Assembly (NCBI GenBank): GCA_035285545.1
Contig: JAYKGY010000019.1
Coordinates: 32,001-96,000 of the forward strand
Direction of reading: 5' to 3'
Length of the DNA: 64,000 bases
Source: Snowella sp.
GTDB taxonomy: Bacteria > Cyanobacteriota > Cyanobacteriia > Cyanobacteriales > Microcystaceae
Part shown: positions 1 through 11,209 of the stretch, one piece after another
Numbering within the stretch: position 1 is the first letter of the stretch
Layout: the number at the start of each line of letters is the position of its first letter
Made by a program: the position numbers and the translations under genes
The notes under the pieces: model-generated
The model's database searches: none
Seen by the model: the letters and a program-made list of their open reading frames with translations, nothing else
What the model was told of the DNA's origin: nothing

Positions 1-1461
1 GAATTTTGGACAGTCTTTGGAGAAGCTAACGATATTCATAATCAATTGACGCAAATCCATCACGAAATGGAAGCGGCTGACCCTGATGAGTTGGAAAAAT
101 TAATCCATAAATTAGACTCTCTACAACGTAAATTTGAAGCTCTTGACGGTTATACCCTAGATAGTCGCATTGAAAAGATTTTGCCTGAGATGGGGTTTGA
201 ACCAGAAGACGGCGATCGCTTAGTCAGTGCCTTTAGTGGTGGTTGGCAGATGCGGATGAGTTTAGGGAAAATCTTATTACAAAAACCCGATATTTTATTA
301 TTAGATGAACCGACGAACCATTTAGATTTAGAAACCATTGAATGGCTGGAAAAATATCTTAAAGGGTTAAATACACCGATTGTTATTGTTTCCCATGACC
401 GAGAATTTTTAGACCGACTCTGCACCCAAATTGTGGAAACCGAACGAGGAATTTCTACGACTTATTTAGGCAATTATTCCGCCTATTTACAACAAAAACA
501 GGAATTACAAGACGCGCAACTCAGTGCCTACGAACGGCAACAAAAGGAATTAGAAAAACAACAAGCCTTTGTAGATCGATTTCGGGCCAGTGCCACCCGC
601 AGCACCCAGGCAAAAAGCCGAGAAAAACAATTAGATAAAATTGAACGCATTGAAGCTCCCGTTGGTTCTGTCCGTACTCTTCATTTTCGTTTTCCGCCGT
701 CTCCGCGCAGTGGTCGGGAAGTCGTCAATATTCAGAATCTGGTGCATACCTACGATGATAAAATTCTCTTTCTCGATGCCAATTTAGAAGTCGAACGCGG
801 CGATCGCATTGCTTTTTTAGGCCCCAATGGTGCGGGTAAATCGACATTGTTACGCCTCATCATGGGTTATGAACAACCGACTGATGGAATTGCGGAAATT
901 GGTAAGCACAATGTAATTCCTGGCTATTTTGAACAGAATCAAGCTGAAGCTTTAGATTTAAATAAAACCGTCATGGATACTATTCACGATGAAGTTCCTG
1001 ACTGGAAAAATGAAGAAGTCCGCACCCTATTAGGTCGTTTTTTATTTAGTGGAGAAACGGTTTATAAAAAAGTCGAATCCCTCAGTGGGGGAGAAAAAGC
1101 CCGTTTGGCCCTCGCTAAAATGTTACTCCAACCTGCTAATTTATTGATTTTGGATGAGCCGACCAATCACTTGGATATTCCTGCAAAAGAGATGTTGGAA
1201 GAAGCCTTACAAAATTATGATGGAACGGTTTTAATTGTTTCCCACGACCGTTATTTTATTTCCCAAGTTGCCAATAAAATTGTAGAGATTCGAGAGGGAG
1301 AATTAATTTTATATCAAGGGGATTATCATTATTATTTAGATAAATTAGAAGAAGAAAAACAAAAAGCAGAACACGCCCGAATTGCAGCCGAAAAAGCAGC
1401 TAAAGCAGCCGCGAAAAAAGAGAAACAAAAGGAAAAGCAAAAAGCAAAAAAAGGAAAATAA
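1..1461 (+). CDS. ABC-F family ATP-binding protein (5' end outside the window)
   Basis: Two ABC cassettes (FSGGWQMR/LLLDEPTNHLD; GPNGAGKST/LSGGEKAR/LILDEPTNHLD) with the ABC-F linker and no TM segments. The frame is open from position 1. Confidence 0.93.
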   Translation, partial: EFWTVFGEANDIHNQLTQIHHEMEAADPDELEKLIHKLDSLQRKFEALDGYTLDSRIEKILPEMGFEPEDGDRLVSAFSGGWQMRMSLGKILLQKPDILLLDEPTNHLDLETIEWLEKYLKGLNTPIVIVSHDREFLDRLCTQIVETERGISTTYLGNYSAYLQQKQELQDAQLSAYERQQKELEKQQAFVDRFRASATRSTQAKSREKQLDKIERIEAPVGSVRTLHFRFPPSPRSGREVVNIQNLVHTYDDKILFLDANLEVERGDRIAFLGPNGAGKSTLLRLIMGYEQPTDGIAEIGKHNVIPGYFEQNQAEALDLNKTVMDTIHDEVPDWKNEEVRTLLGRFLFSGETVYKKVESLSGGEKARLALAKMLLQPANLLILDEPTNHLDIPAKEMLEEALQNYDGTVLIVSHDRYFISQVANKIVEIREGELILYQGDYHYYLDKLEEEKQKAEHARIAAEKAAKAAAKKEKQKEKQKAKKGK

Positions 1462-1491
1462 AAATTTGAGTAATAAGCTTGATTCTTAATA

Positions 1492-2070
1492 TTAGTCAAA
1501 TACTTTTTGTAAGTCCATCACAAAATTGGGTAAAACATTCTCCCCCGATAAATTGAGGGGATTTTGTAACATTTCTACTGACTGATTGACTCGATAAATC
1601 TCAACGGTTTTTCCCTTTGGATCGATTAACCAGCCCAACTGTACGCCATTTTCTAAATATTCCTGCATCTTTTCTCTGAGGGGAGGCAATGAATCGGTTT
1701 TTGAGCGTAATTTAAGGATAAAATCGGGGCAAATTGGAGCAAAATCATCCTGTTGATCAGGGGTTAATTGTTCCCATCGTTCTTTGCGTATCCAAGCTAA
1801 ATCGGGTGAGCGGTTAGCCCCATTGGGCAAGTGAAAAGCCGTAGAGGAATCAAACGCTACGCCTAATTGACTGCGTTCGTTCCAAACAAAGAGTTGACCT
1901 GCTAAATAAAAGTTTCTTTTTCCTGTACTTCCGCCTGTTGGGGGCATAATGATGAGTTGACCTTGAGCGTTTTTTTCTAGCCGCAAATCTCGGTTTGCTG
2001 CTGCTATCTTTTTAAATTGTTCTTGGGTGATAGTAAGTGTCTCTGGCAGATTGACTAATCTTGTATTCAT
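1492..2070 (-). CDS. Uma2 family (DUF820) endonuclease-fold protein
   Basis: MPPTGG, FDSSTAF, RSPDLAWI, CPDF, KMQEYLENGVQLGWLIDP motifs. Confidence 0.93.
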   Translation of the reverse strand: MNTRLVNLPETLTITQEQFKKIAAANRDLRLEKNAQGQLIIMPPTGGSTGKRNFYLAGQLFVWNERSQLGVAFDSSTAFHLPNGANRSPDLAWIRKERWEQLTPDQQDDFAPICPDFILKLRSKTDSLPPLREKMQEYLENGVQLGWLIDPKGKTVEIYRVNQSVEMLQNPLNLSGENVLPNFVMDLQKVFD

Positions 2071-2303
2071 GGGATATTACCGCGCCCTTTGTCTTTATAT
2101 TATCTATCGCCAAAATATTTAATCGTTGATCTCGTTTACAAAATTAAAATTTCTTATTAATTGTCTGTCAAACTTCACGGGCTATCTCGGCATATTGTTT
2201 AATTTGAAAGCTTTCTTCCCATTCAGCTTCAGCGATCGCGGATGTCATTATCGCTCAAGCAGAGTAAAATAAAAGTCTATATCGAAGGAGGAGTTAAATA
2301 ACA

Positions 2304-2522
2304 GTGGCGCAAACTATGCAATTTAGTCAAATATTAGAAATGATTGACTATCTCTCTTTGGATGAACAAAATGATTTAATCAATATTATTAAACATCGAC
2401 AAATCGAAAAAAGACGGGAACAAATTGCTCAAAATATTTCTCAATCTCGACAAGACTATCAAAATGGTAATGTTTTTCGAGGAAATGTTGATGCCATCAT
2501 TGCCGAATTAAACAATGATTAA
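2304..2522 (+). CDS. Putative type II antitoxin
   Basis: 72-aa ORF with an AGGAGGAG RBS upstream, overlapping the start of the downstream toxin. Confidence 0.75.
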   Translation: MAQTMQFSQILEMIDYLSLDEQNDLINIIKHRQIEKRREQIAQNISQSRQDYQNGNVFRGNVDAIIAELNND

Positions 2523-2799
2523 TTTAGTTTTTAGCCAATCATTTAAACGTGCTTTTAAAACAACAATTAAACGACAACCTGACTTAAAATCAAAAATAGA
2601 AGCTAAATTAAGGCTACTCGCTGACGATCCCTATAATCCAATTTTACGCACTCATAAATTAAAGGGAAGACTATCGGGTGCTTGGGCTTGTTCGGTTGAG
2701 TATAATTGTCGAATTATTTTCAACTTTGAACTAAATTCCGAAACTCAAGAGGAAGAAATCAACCTAATTGATATTGGAACCCATGATGAAGTTTATTAA
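2515..2799 (+). CDS. RelE/YafQ-family mRNA interferase toxin
   Basis: LRTHKLKGRL, RIIF and a C-terminal IGTHDEVY signature. Confidence 0.9.
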   Translation: MINLVFSQSFKRAFKTTIKRQPDLKSKIEAKLRLLADDPYNPILRTHKLKGRLSGAWACSVEYNCRIIFNFELNSETQEEEINLIDIGTHDEVY

Positions 2800-2865
2800 A
2801 CACATTTAACATTGTTTCGCAAAGAAAGTCTGCCGCGCTCTGATTTAATAAATTTAATAAATTGA

Positions 2866-3396
2866 ACGATTGGCAACCCTTGCGAATTTGATGAGATTTG
2901 GAGCTTTGATCAGGGTCTAGCAAAAATTAAAAAACATGGAAAATGGGGTTTAATAGATAATTCTGGAAAAATAGTTTTTCCCGTTGAATTTGATGAAATT
3001 CAAAATTTTTCTCAAGGTTTAGCAAAAATTAAAAAGCATGGAAAATGGGGTTTAATAAATAATTCAGTTAAAATAGTTCTTTCCTGTGAGTTTGATGAAG
3101 TCTGGGATTTTTCCCAAGGTTTGGCAAAGATAAAGAAACAGAATAAATATGGATTAATTAACGATGAAGTTAAAATAATTTTAGATACTACTTTTGAAGA
3201 AATTGAAAGTATTTTCGAGGATTTAATTAAGATTGCAATTAAAATCAATGACAAAGAAAAAAGATATGGATATGCCAATAGAGATGGGCAAATAGTTATT
3301 CCTTGTCAATTTCTTGAAGCTGATAATTTTTCTAATGGAAAAGCCAAAGTAAAAAAGGAATATTACATTGATAAAAATGGTGAATGTATTAATTGA
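2866..3396 (+). pseudogene. 5'-truncated WG (KWG) repeat protein
   Basis: The frame is open from 2866 (after TGA at 2863) with 34-aa/102-bp repeats EFDEI..F.QGLAKIKKHGKWGLI.NS.KIV. No ATG/GTG/TTG precedes the first repeats. Confidence 0.75.
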
Positions 3397-3550
3397 AATG
3401 ACCAATACAGTAACTAGCAGATCAGAATTATAACTATTCGATTTTTTTTTGTTAATTAGCAGAACACACTCAACAAGTGAGATCAAAAATTTTACAAGTC
3501 CACAAAAAAATTGGGTAAAATATTCTTACCTGTGGGATATTGAAGTTGAG

Positions 3551-4921
3551 CTATTTACCAATACAAAAACGGCTAAAAATGCGGTCTAAAACTGACTCGG
3601 TGACATCTTCGCCGGTAATTTCTCCAAAGGATTGAATCGCCATACGCAGATCGATTGTCCAGAAATCTAGGGGTAATTGGTTTTGAATGGTTTCTTGAAC
3701 TTGTTCGAGCGATCGCTGAGCTTGAGTTAGGATGGCAGCCTGCCGTTGATTAATGGCAAAATCTAAATTTGCCGCCGTTAAATTACCGACTTTCACACTC
3801 TCTAAAATAGCATTTTCTAAGTTTTCAATGCCTTGATTTTGAGCCGCAATGGTTTTAACAATGGCTTTAATGTCCGCAGGATAATTCACCATTTCAGGTG
3901 AGGCTAAATCGGTTTTATTAATAATTAAAATTAAAGGTCGATGTTGTACCTGTTCATAGATTTTGTCGTCCTCCGTTGTCCAACCACTAGGGGCATCAAT
4001 GGTAAATAGAATCAGATCGGCTTGTTGGGCGGCCTGGCGCGATCGCTCAACCCCAATTTTTTCCACCGTATCGGAAGTATCTCGAATGCCTGCTGTATCC
4101 AGAACTTGAATAGGAATACCACCCACCACTAATTGGGATTCCACCACATCACGGGTTGTCCCAGGCAGATCGGTAACAATAGCGCGATCGCTGCGACTCC
4201 AAGCATTCAATAAACTGGATTTTCCCACATTAGGACGACCGACAATGGCCACTTTTAGGCCCGTTCTGAGTAATTCTCCCTGATCAGCAGTAGCTAACAG
4301 TTGAGTAACTTCCTGCAAAACTGCCGTTAATTGCGCTTTAATTAGGGCTTCATCTAAGGGCGGTAAATCATCTTCAAAATCAATTCTGGCTTCCACTTCC
4401 GCCAAAATATCCAAACAGGTAGCCCGTAACTGACGAATGGGAGTGGCTAATTTTCCCGTTAATCCTGCTAAGGCAACTTGGGCGGCTTGGGGAGATTGGG
4501 CACCGACTAGCTCACTAATACTTTCCGCTTGGGTGAGGTCTAAACGACCATTGAGAAACGCCCGTAGCGTAAATTCTCCAGGTTGGGCTAATCTGGCTCC
4601 CTGTTCTAGGCACAACTGCAAAACCTGTTGCACGGGAATGATGCCGCCATGACAATGAAATTCCACCACATCTTCTTTGGTGTAGGAACGGGGCGACAAC
4701 ATGGGTAAGACTAAGGCTTCATCAATAACCTGTTGAGTTTCGGGGTGATGGATATGACCGTAAAGAATCCGATGACTTTCCCAGGTTTGCTTACCGGCGG
4801 TTTGGAAGAGGGTTTGAGCAATACGGACTGCTTCATTTCCTGATAAGCGCACAATGCCAATACTGCCCTGTTGGGGAACAATGGCGGTCGCGATCGCGGC
4901 AATCGTATCGGCTGAAAGCAT
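3551..4921 (-). CDS. mnmE: tRNA modification GTPase MnmE
   Basis: [28 protein letters not shown]-terminal FCIGK. Confidence 0.98.
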   Translation of the reverse strand: MLSADTIAAIATAIVPQQGSIGIVRLSGNEAVRIAQTLFQTAGKQTWESHRILYGHIHHPETQQVIDEALVLPMLSPRSYTKEDVVEFHCHGGIIPVQQVLQLCLEQGARLAQPGEFTLRAFLNGRLDLTQAESISELVGAQSPQAAQVALAGLTGKLATPIRQLRATCLDILAEVEARIDFEDDLPPLDEALIKAQLTAVLQEVTQLLATADQGELLRTGLKVAIVGRPNVGKSSLLNAWSRSDRAIVTDLPGTTRDVVESQLVVGGIPIQVLDTAGIRDTSDTVEKIGVERSRQAAQQADLILFTIDAPSGWTTEDDKIYEQVQHRPLILIINKTDLASPEMVNYPADIKAIVKTIAAQNQGIENLENAILESVKVGNLTAANLDFAINQRQAAILTQAQRSLEQVQETIQNQLPLDFWTIDLRMAIQSFGEITGEDVTESVLDRIFSRFCIGK

Positions 4922-5383
4922 TAGCTAAAAATGATCAGGAGGTTGATTGAGGAACATTCCTCATTATCAGGGAAAATTATCCGACTCGTCATCATCTCAT
5001 CCCTTCAGAAAATTGCTCAACCTCATAACAGAATCCTGTTGAACTTAAAATAAATTTAGTTAATAAAAAGCGTAAATAATAATTAAGCCATCTGACAAGT
5101 CGATAAACCTATGCAAGAATTTTAGATATCAATCTTGGTTCATCCTTAAACAACTTAAGACTTTTTTAATATTTTAATGAAATTAAATTTAGATAAAAAA
5201 TTCACTGTCTTAAAGTCAATTTATCTATATCAAACCAGTTTTTGAATATTAAGAATTATAAAAAATTGATCAACTTAAAGCTTTCTTTTGTTAATTGGTT
5301 TAAAAATCGACCATCGGGATTAATTGAGGAATATTAATCACGTATTTTTGAACATCAGGCGTATTGGGAGAGGTGACGGCTAG

Positions 5384-7825
5384 GTGAGAAAAATGCTTTG
5401 CTATCATTGGCGGCAGACGCTTGAGCGTTTTTTTGCCCATACTTGGATACCGGTATTAGTGGGGATGCTTGCCACGATCGCTGTCTTAGGAGCCTGGCAC
5501 CAATTAGCGATTCGCGATCAGCTTTATCTTGAACAATTAGTGGAACAGGAAGCTTCTGCTATTCAATCAAAATTAAGCGGAGAGTTATCTAGTAAAATTG
5601 CCAATTTAGAACGAATTGCCCTACTCTGGAAAATTAATCAGGGAATGTCCCAATCGAAATGGGAAGAAAATACCAAAAATTACATTAATACCGTTTATGG
5701 CTATCAGGCAATTGAATGGATTGATGCCTCCTTTCAGATCCGTTGGGTTGTGCCTCAGCAGGGTAATGAAGGGCTTGAAAATATCGATTTAAGTCAGGAA
5801 TTGCGTCGGCGGATTACCTTTGAGGTGGCCCGCACACTCAATCAAACTATTTTGACTCGCAACATTCGCTTACTGCAAGGTGGACAGGGTTTTCTGGCTG
5901 TGGTTCCCCTATCCATTCGCGATCGCCAAAATGAGATGAATCCTCCCCGTTTTGATGGCTTTATTGTGGGCGTATTTCGTTTTCAGCACCTCTTTGACAG
6001 CATCTTAAACTTGCCATCGGGTTATCGGGTACAAATTTATGACCGTAACGAATTGATTTACAGTCAGGGCCCGCCTTCGATTTCAACTTTTCAAAAATCG
6101 GTTTGGGTCAGAACCTACGGAGCCGATTGGCAGGTCAAAGTGTTTGCAACCTCCGATCTCATTAACGAGGTGCGATCGCCGCTTCCCAACATTATTTTAT
6201 GGGGGGGATTAATCGGAGCCTGGACATTCGCGTTAACCGTTTATTTTGGACAACGCTCCCAACGGTACAATGCCAAAGCTCGCCAAATTAACCAGCAATT
6301 GCAAACCGAAATTTTTCAACGGCAACAAGCGGAAGCAGAACTAGAGATTGAACTAAAAGAACGTCAACAGGCTGAAGCCGAACTCCGCCAAGCTAAAGAA
6401 CAATTTGAATTAGCGATCCTAGCTTCCCATGACGGTTTTTGGGATTGGGATTTTCGGACAAATGAAATCTACTATTCGCCCCGTTGGAAAGAAATGTTGG
6501 GCTATGAAGATCAGAAATTTCCCAATACCTTGGAGGCTTGGAAATCCGTCATTTTTGAGGAAGACTATAGTAAAGCGTTGCAATTAGTGGAAGATTACAA
6601 TACAGGGAAAATTGACCAGTTTTTGGCAACCCAACGATTTCATCACAAAAATGGTTCAACGGTTTATATTCTTTCGCGGGCGATTCACTTAAAAGATGAG
6701 CAGGGGCAGGTGATCCGTATGATCGGTGCCCATTCAGATATTACGGAAATGATTAAGATTCAAGAGGCCTTGGAGTCCTCTAAACAATCGTCCCAGGAAA
6801 TGGCGGAACAATTGGCCGTTCGGGTGGAAGAGTTAAAACAACGCAATACGGAAATGATGTTGCTGAGTGAGATGAATGATTTTTTGCAGGCCTGTTTGAC
6901 AGTAGAGGAAGCGTGCAAAACCATTACCAGTTTTATGCGATCGCTGTTTCCAGAGTGTTCAGGAAGTATCTCGGTAATTACCAACTCCCGTAATCGGTTA
7001 AAACGGTTAGCCTATTGGGGAAATGAATTATTTTCTGCGTCTAACTTTCATTCTAATGAGTGTTGGGCCCTACGTCGGGGACAATTGCATTGGATTAACC
7101 ATGACCATCAGCATTTGACCTGCCAACATATTGATCCGCAACAGGGCTTGTATGAATCCCTCTGCATTCCCTTAATTGCTCAAGGCGATACCTTGGGATT
7201 ACTCTATCTCTGTTCCCGCCGTCCCGATCGCTTGAATGAGATGAAGCAACAATTGGCCCGCACGGTGGCTGAACAAATCGGCCTAGCGATCGCCAATTTA
7301 AACCTACGAGAAACCCTCCAACATCAGAGTATTCGGGATGCCCTAACGGGTTTATACAATCGCCGCTATTTAGAAGAATGCCTGACGAAAGAAATCCATC
7401 GAGCCGAGCGCAATTCATACTCTATTGGCATTATTATGCTGGATATTGACCATTTCAAAGCGTTTAACGATACCCTGGGGCACGATGCAGGCGATTTTGT
7501 CCTCAAAGAAATTGGCCTATTACTAGCAAATATGATCCGCTCCTCCGATACCGCTTGTCGCTATGGGGGAGAAGAAATGACCTTGATTCTACCGGAAGCC
7601 GACCTCGAAGATACGGCCAAAAAAGCCGAAGAACTCCGAACCGCGATCGCGCAATTGCGTTTAAATTACAACGGCCAGATCCTGCAACGATTAACCGCTT
7701 CCTTAGGGGTTGCCTGTTTTCCCTCTCAAGGGACAACGGGAATCGCTGTTTTACAAGCCGCCGATGCCGCCCTCTACCGAGCCAAAGCCGCCGGACGGAA
7801 TCAAGTTATGCTCGCCCTAAATTAA
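5384..7825 (+). CDS. Membrane diguanylate cyclase (CHASE-like sensor, PAS, GAF, GGDEF)
   Basis: Two TM segments flanking a periplasmic domain, PAS_3 (DGFWDWD..YYSPRWKEMLGY), GAF, DALTGLYNRR and RYGGEE. Confidence 0.93.
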   Translation: MRKMLCYHWRQTLERFFAHTWIPVLVGMLATIAVLGAWHQLAIRDQLYLEQLVEQEASAIQSKLSGELSSKIANLERIALLWKINQGMSQSKWEENTKNYINTVYGYQAIEWIDASFQIRWVVPQQGNEGLENIDLSQELRRRITFEVARTLNQTILTRNIRLLQGGQGFLAVVPLSIRDRQNEMNPPRFDGFIVGVFRFQHLFDSILNLPSGYRVQIYDRNELIYSQGPPSISTFQKSVWVRTYGADWQVKVFATSDLINEVRSPLPNIILWGGLIGAWTFALTVYFGQRSQRYNAKARQINQQLQTEIFQRQQAEAELEIELKERQQAEAELRQAKEQFELAILASHDGFWDWDFRTNEIYYSPRWKEMLGYEDQKFPNTLEAWKSVIFEEDYSKALQLVEDYNTGKIDQFLATQRFHHKNGSTVYILSRAIHLKDEQGQVIRMIGAHSDITEMIKIQEALESSKQSSQEMAEQLAVRVEELKQRNTEMMLLSEMNDFLQACLTVEEACKTITSFMRSLFPECSGSISVITNSRNRLKRLAYWGNELFSASNFHSNECWALRRGQLHWINHDHQHLTCQHIDPQQGLYESLCIPLIAQGDTLGLLYLCSRRPDRLNEMKQQLARTVAEQIGLAIANLNLRETLQHQSIRDALTGLYNRRYLEECLTKEIHRAERNSYSIGIIMLDIDHFKAFNDTLGHDAGDFVLKEIGLLLANMIRSSDTACRYGGEEMTLILPEADLEDTAKKAEELRTAIAQLRLNYNGQILQRLTASLGVACFPSQGTTGIAVLQAADAALYRAKAAGRNQVMLALN

Positions 7826-7925
7826 ATCAACAAATCTGGAATCAATCGAAAAGTTAACGGTTTCTCGATCGCCAACCCTTAAAATACAAAAAAATACCCA
7901 TAAAAATTTTAATTAAATCGGCATA

Positions 7926-8639
7926 ATGGATATCGAACAACTCTTACAACGGTATAACGCAGGAGAAAGGGATTTTCCGCAGATCAAGTTGTGTGATACC
8001 GACCTATTGCAATTAGAGTTAAGCAGAATTAATCTTTCGGGAGGAGATTTGCGTCAGGCCCGTTTAGGGAGAAGTTGCCTCGCCTTGGCCAATCTCCAGC
8101 AAGTCAATTTGAGTGAAGCGATTCTTTGGGGAACCGATCTAAGGGGGAGCAATTTATCCCAAGCAATGCTCAGGGATGCGGATTTTAGCGGCGCAAAACT
8201 CAATCAAGCCGATCTCACCGGAGCCTATCTCTACAAAGCGAGTTTTAGTGGGGCCAATCTTGCCAAGGCAATTGTACAAAATGCCCTGTTGTTAGAAGCC
8301 GATTTTCGTCCCACAACGGATCAACGTACCGATCTCGGAAAGACAGATTTTCAAGGCGCAGACCTCAGTTATGCCAATCTGAGTGGTGCCAATATTCGGC
8401 AAGCCAATTTCAGCCAAGCGAAACTCTGTCGTGCCACCTTTAATTCCGGTATTGGTCAATCAGACTTTTTAGCCGATTTAACCGAAGTTAATTTACAGGG
8501 TGCTGATTTAAGTTATGCCGACTTAAGCGGGGTGATTCTTCGCAACGCGGATCTTACTGGAGCCGATATTTTGGGAACGATTTTTGCCCATGCTGATTTA
8601 CAGGGGGCGATCATGCCCGATGGCACCATTCACGAGTAA
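7926..8639 (+). CDS. Pentapeptide repeat protein
   Basis: Y.AGERDF N-terminus, A(D/N)LxG repeats, MPDG C-terminus. Confidence 0.93.
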   Translation: MDIEQLLQRYNAGERDFPQIKLCDTDLLQLELSRINLSGGDLRQARLGRSCLALANLQQVNLSEAILWGTDLRGSNLSQAMLRDADFSGAKLNQADLTGAYLYKASFSGANLAKAIVQNALLLEADFRPTTDQRTDLGKTDFQGADLSYANLSGANIRQANFSQAKLCRATFNSGIGQSDFLADLTEVNLQGADLSYADLSGVILRNADLTGADILGTIFAHADLQGAIMPDGTIHE

Positions 8640-8645
8640 CCCTGC

Positions 8646-9638
8646 CTAAGCTTTGGTGGGTTGATAGTATTCATGACTCAGGAAAGGGACAGAAACAACT
8701 TCGCCCGATGCTTCTCCCACTTGCACGGTTAAACCTTCTCCCCCTGCTTTGGTGCGGATATAACCTAGCCCAAAAAGGGTTTCAAGATCGGTAAAACTCG
8801 TTAAAATGCCCACTTTTTCGCCTTCAAGCATGATTGGAGTACCCACTTCAGCTATTTGATTTAAACGAATGCCCCAGAGCCGTTGTTTCACGCCTTTATA
8901 GGTATTCAGCCGTGCGATGGTTTCTTGGCCAATGTAACAGCCTTTCTCAAAGGAAATGGCCTTCCACAAACCCGCTTCTAGGGGGTTATAATCCTCGGTT
9001 AATTCCTGATCGGGCATTGGTCTACCTTGGGTAATGCGGAGATGTTCCCAAAGGCGATCGCTGATGGCCAAAGCACCATCGTTTAATAATTGAGTTTGAA
9101 TCGTTGTCAGATGATCAACCGGAACGATTAAAGTATAGCCAGGTAACCCTAAATCATTTCCGTTGGCTAAATAACAAGGAATATTATGAATCAAAACTTC
9201 AGTGTGTTGGTTTGCTTCAGATCGCGTTAAGCCTAATTTTTGTAAATAAATTTCACTAGCTTTTCCTAACAAAGTAATTTTGATATATTGCTCAGATAGA
9301 TCGCCTAATTCCACCTTATCCATCGGAAAAATAAAGCGATCCATCCAGTTAAATAAAAACTGACGACGATTGGGAGAAACCGTAATCCAAATGGCATCTT
9401 CTACCAGATAGGCTGTAACTAAATCGAGGGTTCTTCCTGTTGAATTCACAAACACAGTCTGGCAATTTTGACCAGCTTTTAATCCATTAAGATTATTGGT
9501 GGTTTGATTATGTAAAAAACGGGTTCTATCATTGCCTTTGAGTTGTAATATTCCGCCTGATAAATGGGGATAAAACAATATTTTTTCTTCAAGTTTTTTT
9601 AATAGGGCCAACTCGTCAGTGACAATTTCTGATATCAT
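8646..9638 (-). CDS. ygfZ: Folate-binding protein YgfZ/GcvT family
   Basis: KGCYIGQE signature; DRTRFLHNQTTN. Confidence 0.93.
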   Translation of the reverse strand: MISEIVTDELALLKKLEEKILFYPHLSGGILQLKGNDRTRFLHNQTTNNLNGLKAGQNCQTVFVNSTGRTLDLVTAYLVEDAIWITVSPNRRQFLFNWMDRFIFPMDKVELGDLSEQYIKITLLGKASEIYLQKLGLTRSEANQHTEVLIHNIPCYLANGNDLGLPGYTLIVPVDHLTTIQTQLLNDGALAISDRLWEHLRITQGRPMPDQELTEDYNPLEAGLWKAISFEKGCYIGQETIARLNTYKGVKQRLWGIRLNQIAEVGTPIMLEGEKVGILTSFTDLETLFGLGYIRTKAGGEGLTVQVGEASGEVVSVPFLSHEYYQPTKA

Positions 9639-9678
9639 TTTTTCATCCTCATTTTGTATTAAAAATCAATTTTAAGCA

Positions 9679-10092
9679 TTAAGAGACATTCGGCAAGTTC
9701 TGAAAAATAGTTTGAATCATGTTTTGAGTTTTGCTTTCTAGTTTTTGCCAATTAATCTCTCCATTTTCTTCAAATAAGCTCGTATCAATGCTGACTTCCT
9801 GCTGATGGTTATCCCTATCCGCATTAGCTTCTCCATCTTGATGAATTGGAGCCTGATAATCTAGAAAACACACTTGAAAGCACAAATCCCAAACCGCGAT
9901 CGCGAAGTGATGATCTTGATAGGTTAGCTGTAATTGATGGCCAGGGTAGGGCGTTTCAATGTCCTGATAGGTTCCTTTCCAAACCGATTCTTCTAATTGT
10001 TTACGAAGATTATCAATAACCCGAATTAAGGAAGGTTGCATTAATCGTTCCGCCTGTTCCCAATCGGTTGCATTTTTAAAAATGGGTATCAT
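9679..10092 (-). CDS. Cyanobacterial hypothetical protein
   Basis: 137-aa ORF in tandem with ygfZ; contains WEQAERLMQPSLIRVIDNLRKQLE. Confidence 0.75.
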   Translation of the reverse strand: MIPIFKNATDWEQAERLMQPSLIRVIDNLRKQLEESVWKGTYQDIETPYPGHQLQLTYQDHHFAIAVWDLCFQVCFLDYQAPIHQDGEANADRDNHQQEVSIDTSLFEENGEINWQKLESKTQNMIQTIFQNLPNVS

Positions 10093-10328
10093 ATGCAGTG
10101 AGCAACATTAGTTTATTGCAGTTTTTGTGTTAAAAAATTTATAATCATAGCAATTTTGGTAGAAGGGAGTTATAGACAATCAGCATAAGCGCACTGTTAA
10201 AAAAATCACTGTATTTCCCTCTCTAAAAAAACGCTAGTTCCAAAACTTATTAAAGCTTAATTTTAACAATTTTGAGTGGAATTTACGCTTGATTTTACAA
10301 TATAAACTTAGCTATCATACCCTGTTTT

Positions 10329-11075
10329 TTGGTCTCAATGACAAATAAACCCTTTAATTTCTTTTCTGTTTGTAGCATAACGCTAATGCTTTCGGGGATT
10401 TTTACCACTATTTATCCGTTTAGAGCCAATAGTGAGTCAAAAGAACCAGCGATCGCGCCCGATCAAACCCAACTGACTGAAGATAAACTCGATCTGCCGC
10501 CTGAAATTCTCGAAAGTAGCCCCACCTTACAACGCTGGCAACAGGAAATTCCCGATTTAATCGAAGATATCAAGCATGATCCCAGTTTTCGCACTCGTAT
10601 CCGTTTGGGTTACAATCAATTTCCCTCCTCCAACAATCAAGGCGGTTTGGGTGTGGGCATCGAGGATCTTTTTATCGGTCAGTCGTCCTTAACCTTCAAT
10701 GCGAGCTATGAAACGTCTTTTCGCGATCGCCAATCTGTCGGAGCTAATTTAAATTATTACCTATTGCCATTAGGAGGTTATATCAACATTGCCCCAGTAG
10801 TAGGCTATCGCTATATACAAACCAATGATTACCATACCCAAGGCGTAAATGTCGGTGCAAAAATTATTCTCCCCCTATCGCGATCGGGAGCCGCTGACGT
10901 TAGTTTTACAGGTAGTTTTATTTCCCCAGGTAGTGATGATGAAGTCGGTATTTTCAATCTATCAGTAGGCTATGCCATCACAAACAACATTCGACTTTCA
11001 ACCGATTTACAACAACAAAATTCCCGTGCCCAAAAAGATAACCGAGTTGGAATCTATTTAGAATGGATGCCTTAA
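10329..11075 (+). CDS. Exported hypothetical protein, probable small beta-barrel
   Basis: Signal peptide, alternating beta-strand pattern and an aromatic C-terminus. The start may be ATG 10338. Confidence 0.7.
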   Translation: MVSMTNKPFNFFSVCSITLMLSGIFTTIYPFRANSESKEPAIAPDQTQLTEDKLDLPPEILESSPTLQRWQQEIPDLIEDIKHDPSFRTRIRLGYNQFPSSNNQGGLGVGIEDLFIGQSSLTFNASYETSFRDRQSVGANLNYYLLPLGGYINIAPVVGYRYIQTNDYHTQGVNVGAKIILPLSRSGAADVSFTGSFISPGSDDEVGIFNLSVGYAITNNIRLSTDLQQQNSRAQKDNRVGIYLEWMP

Positions 11076-11209
11076 AGCGATTAACATTTGCAACAACTTC
11101 ATTAAATCTACCCATTTATTAAGAATTCCAGAAGAGAAAGGCGGGTACCCCAAAAAAGCAAGGTAACCTAAAAGTGAAATAACCTTGCCAAGCAGCCAAA
11201 TTAGCAATT

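Noticed and set aside
2168..2248. 26-codon minus-strand ORF (MTSAIAEAEWEESFQIKQYAEIAREV)
   Set aside because: Too short, with no recognisable family; possibly a gene remnant, but unsupported.
2881..3150. Regularly spaced DNA repeats that might suggest a CRISPR array
   Set aside because: They are in-frame 102-bp coding repeats (WG repeats) without unique spacers. I saw no CRISPR array or cas gene in the window.
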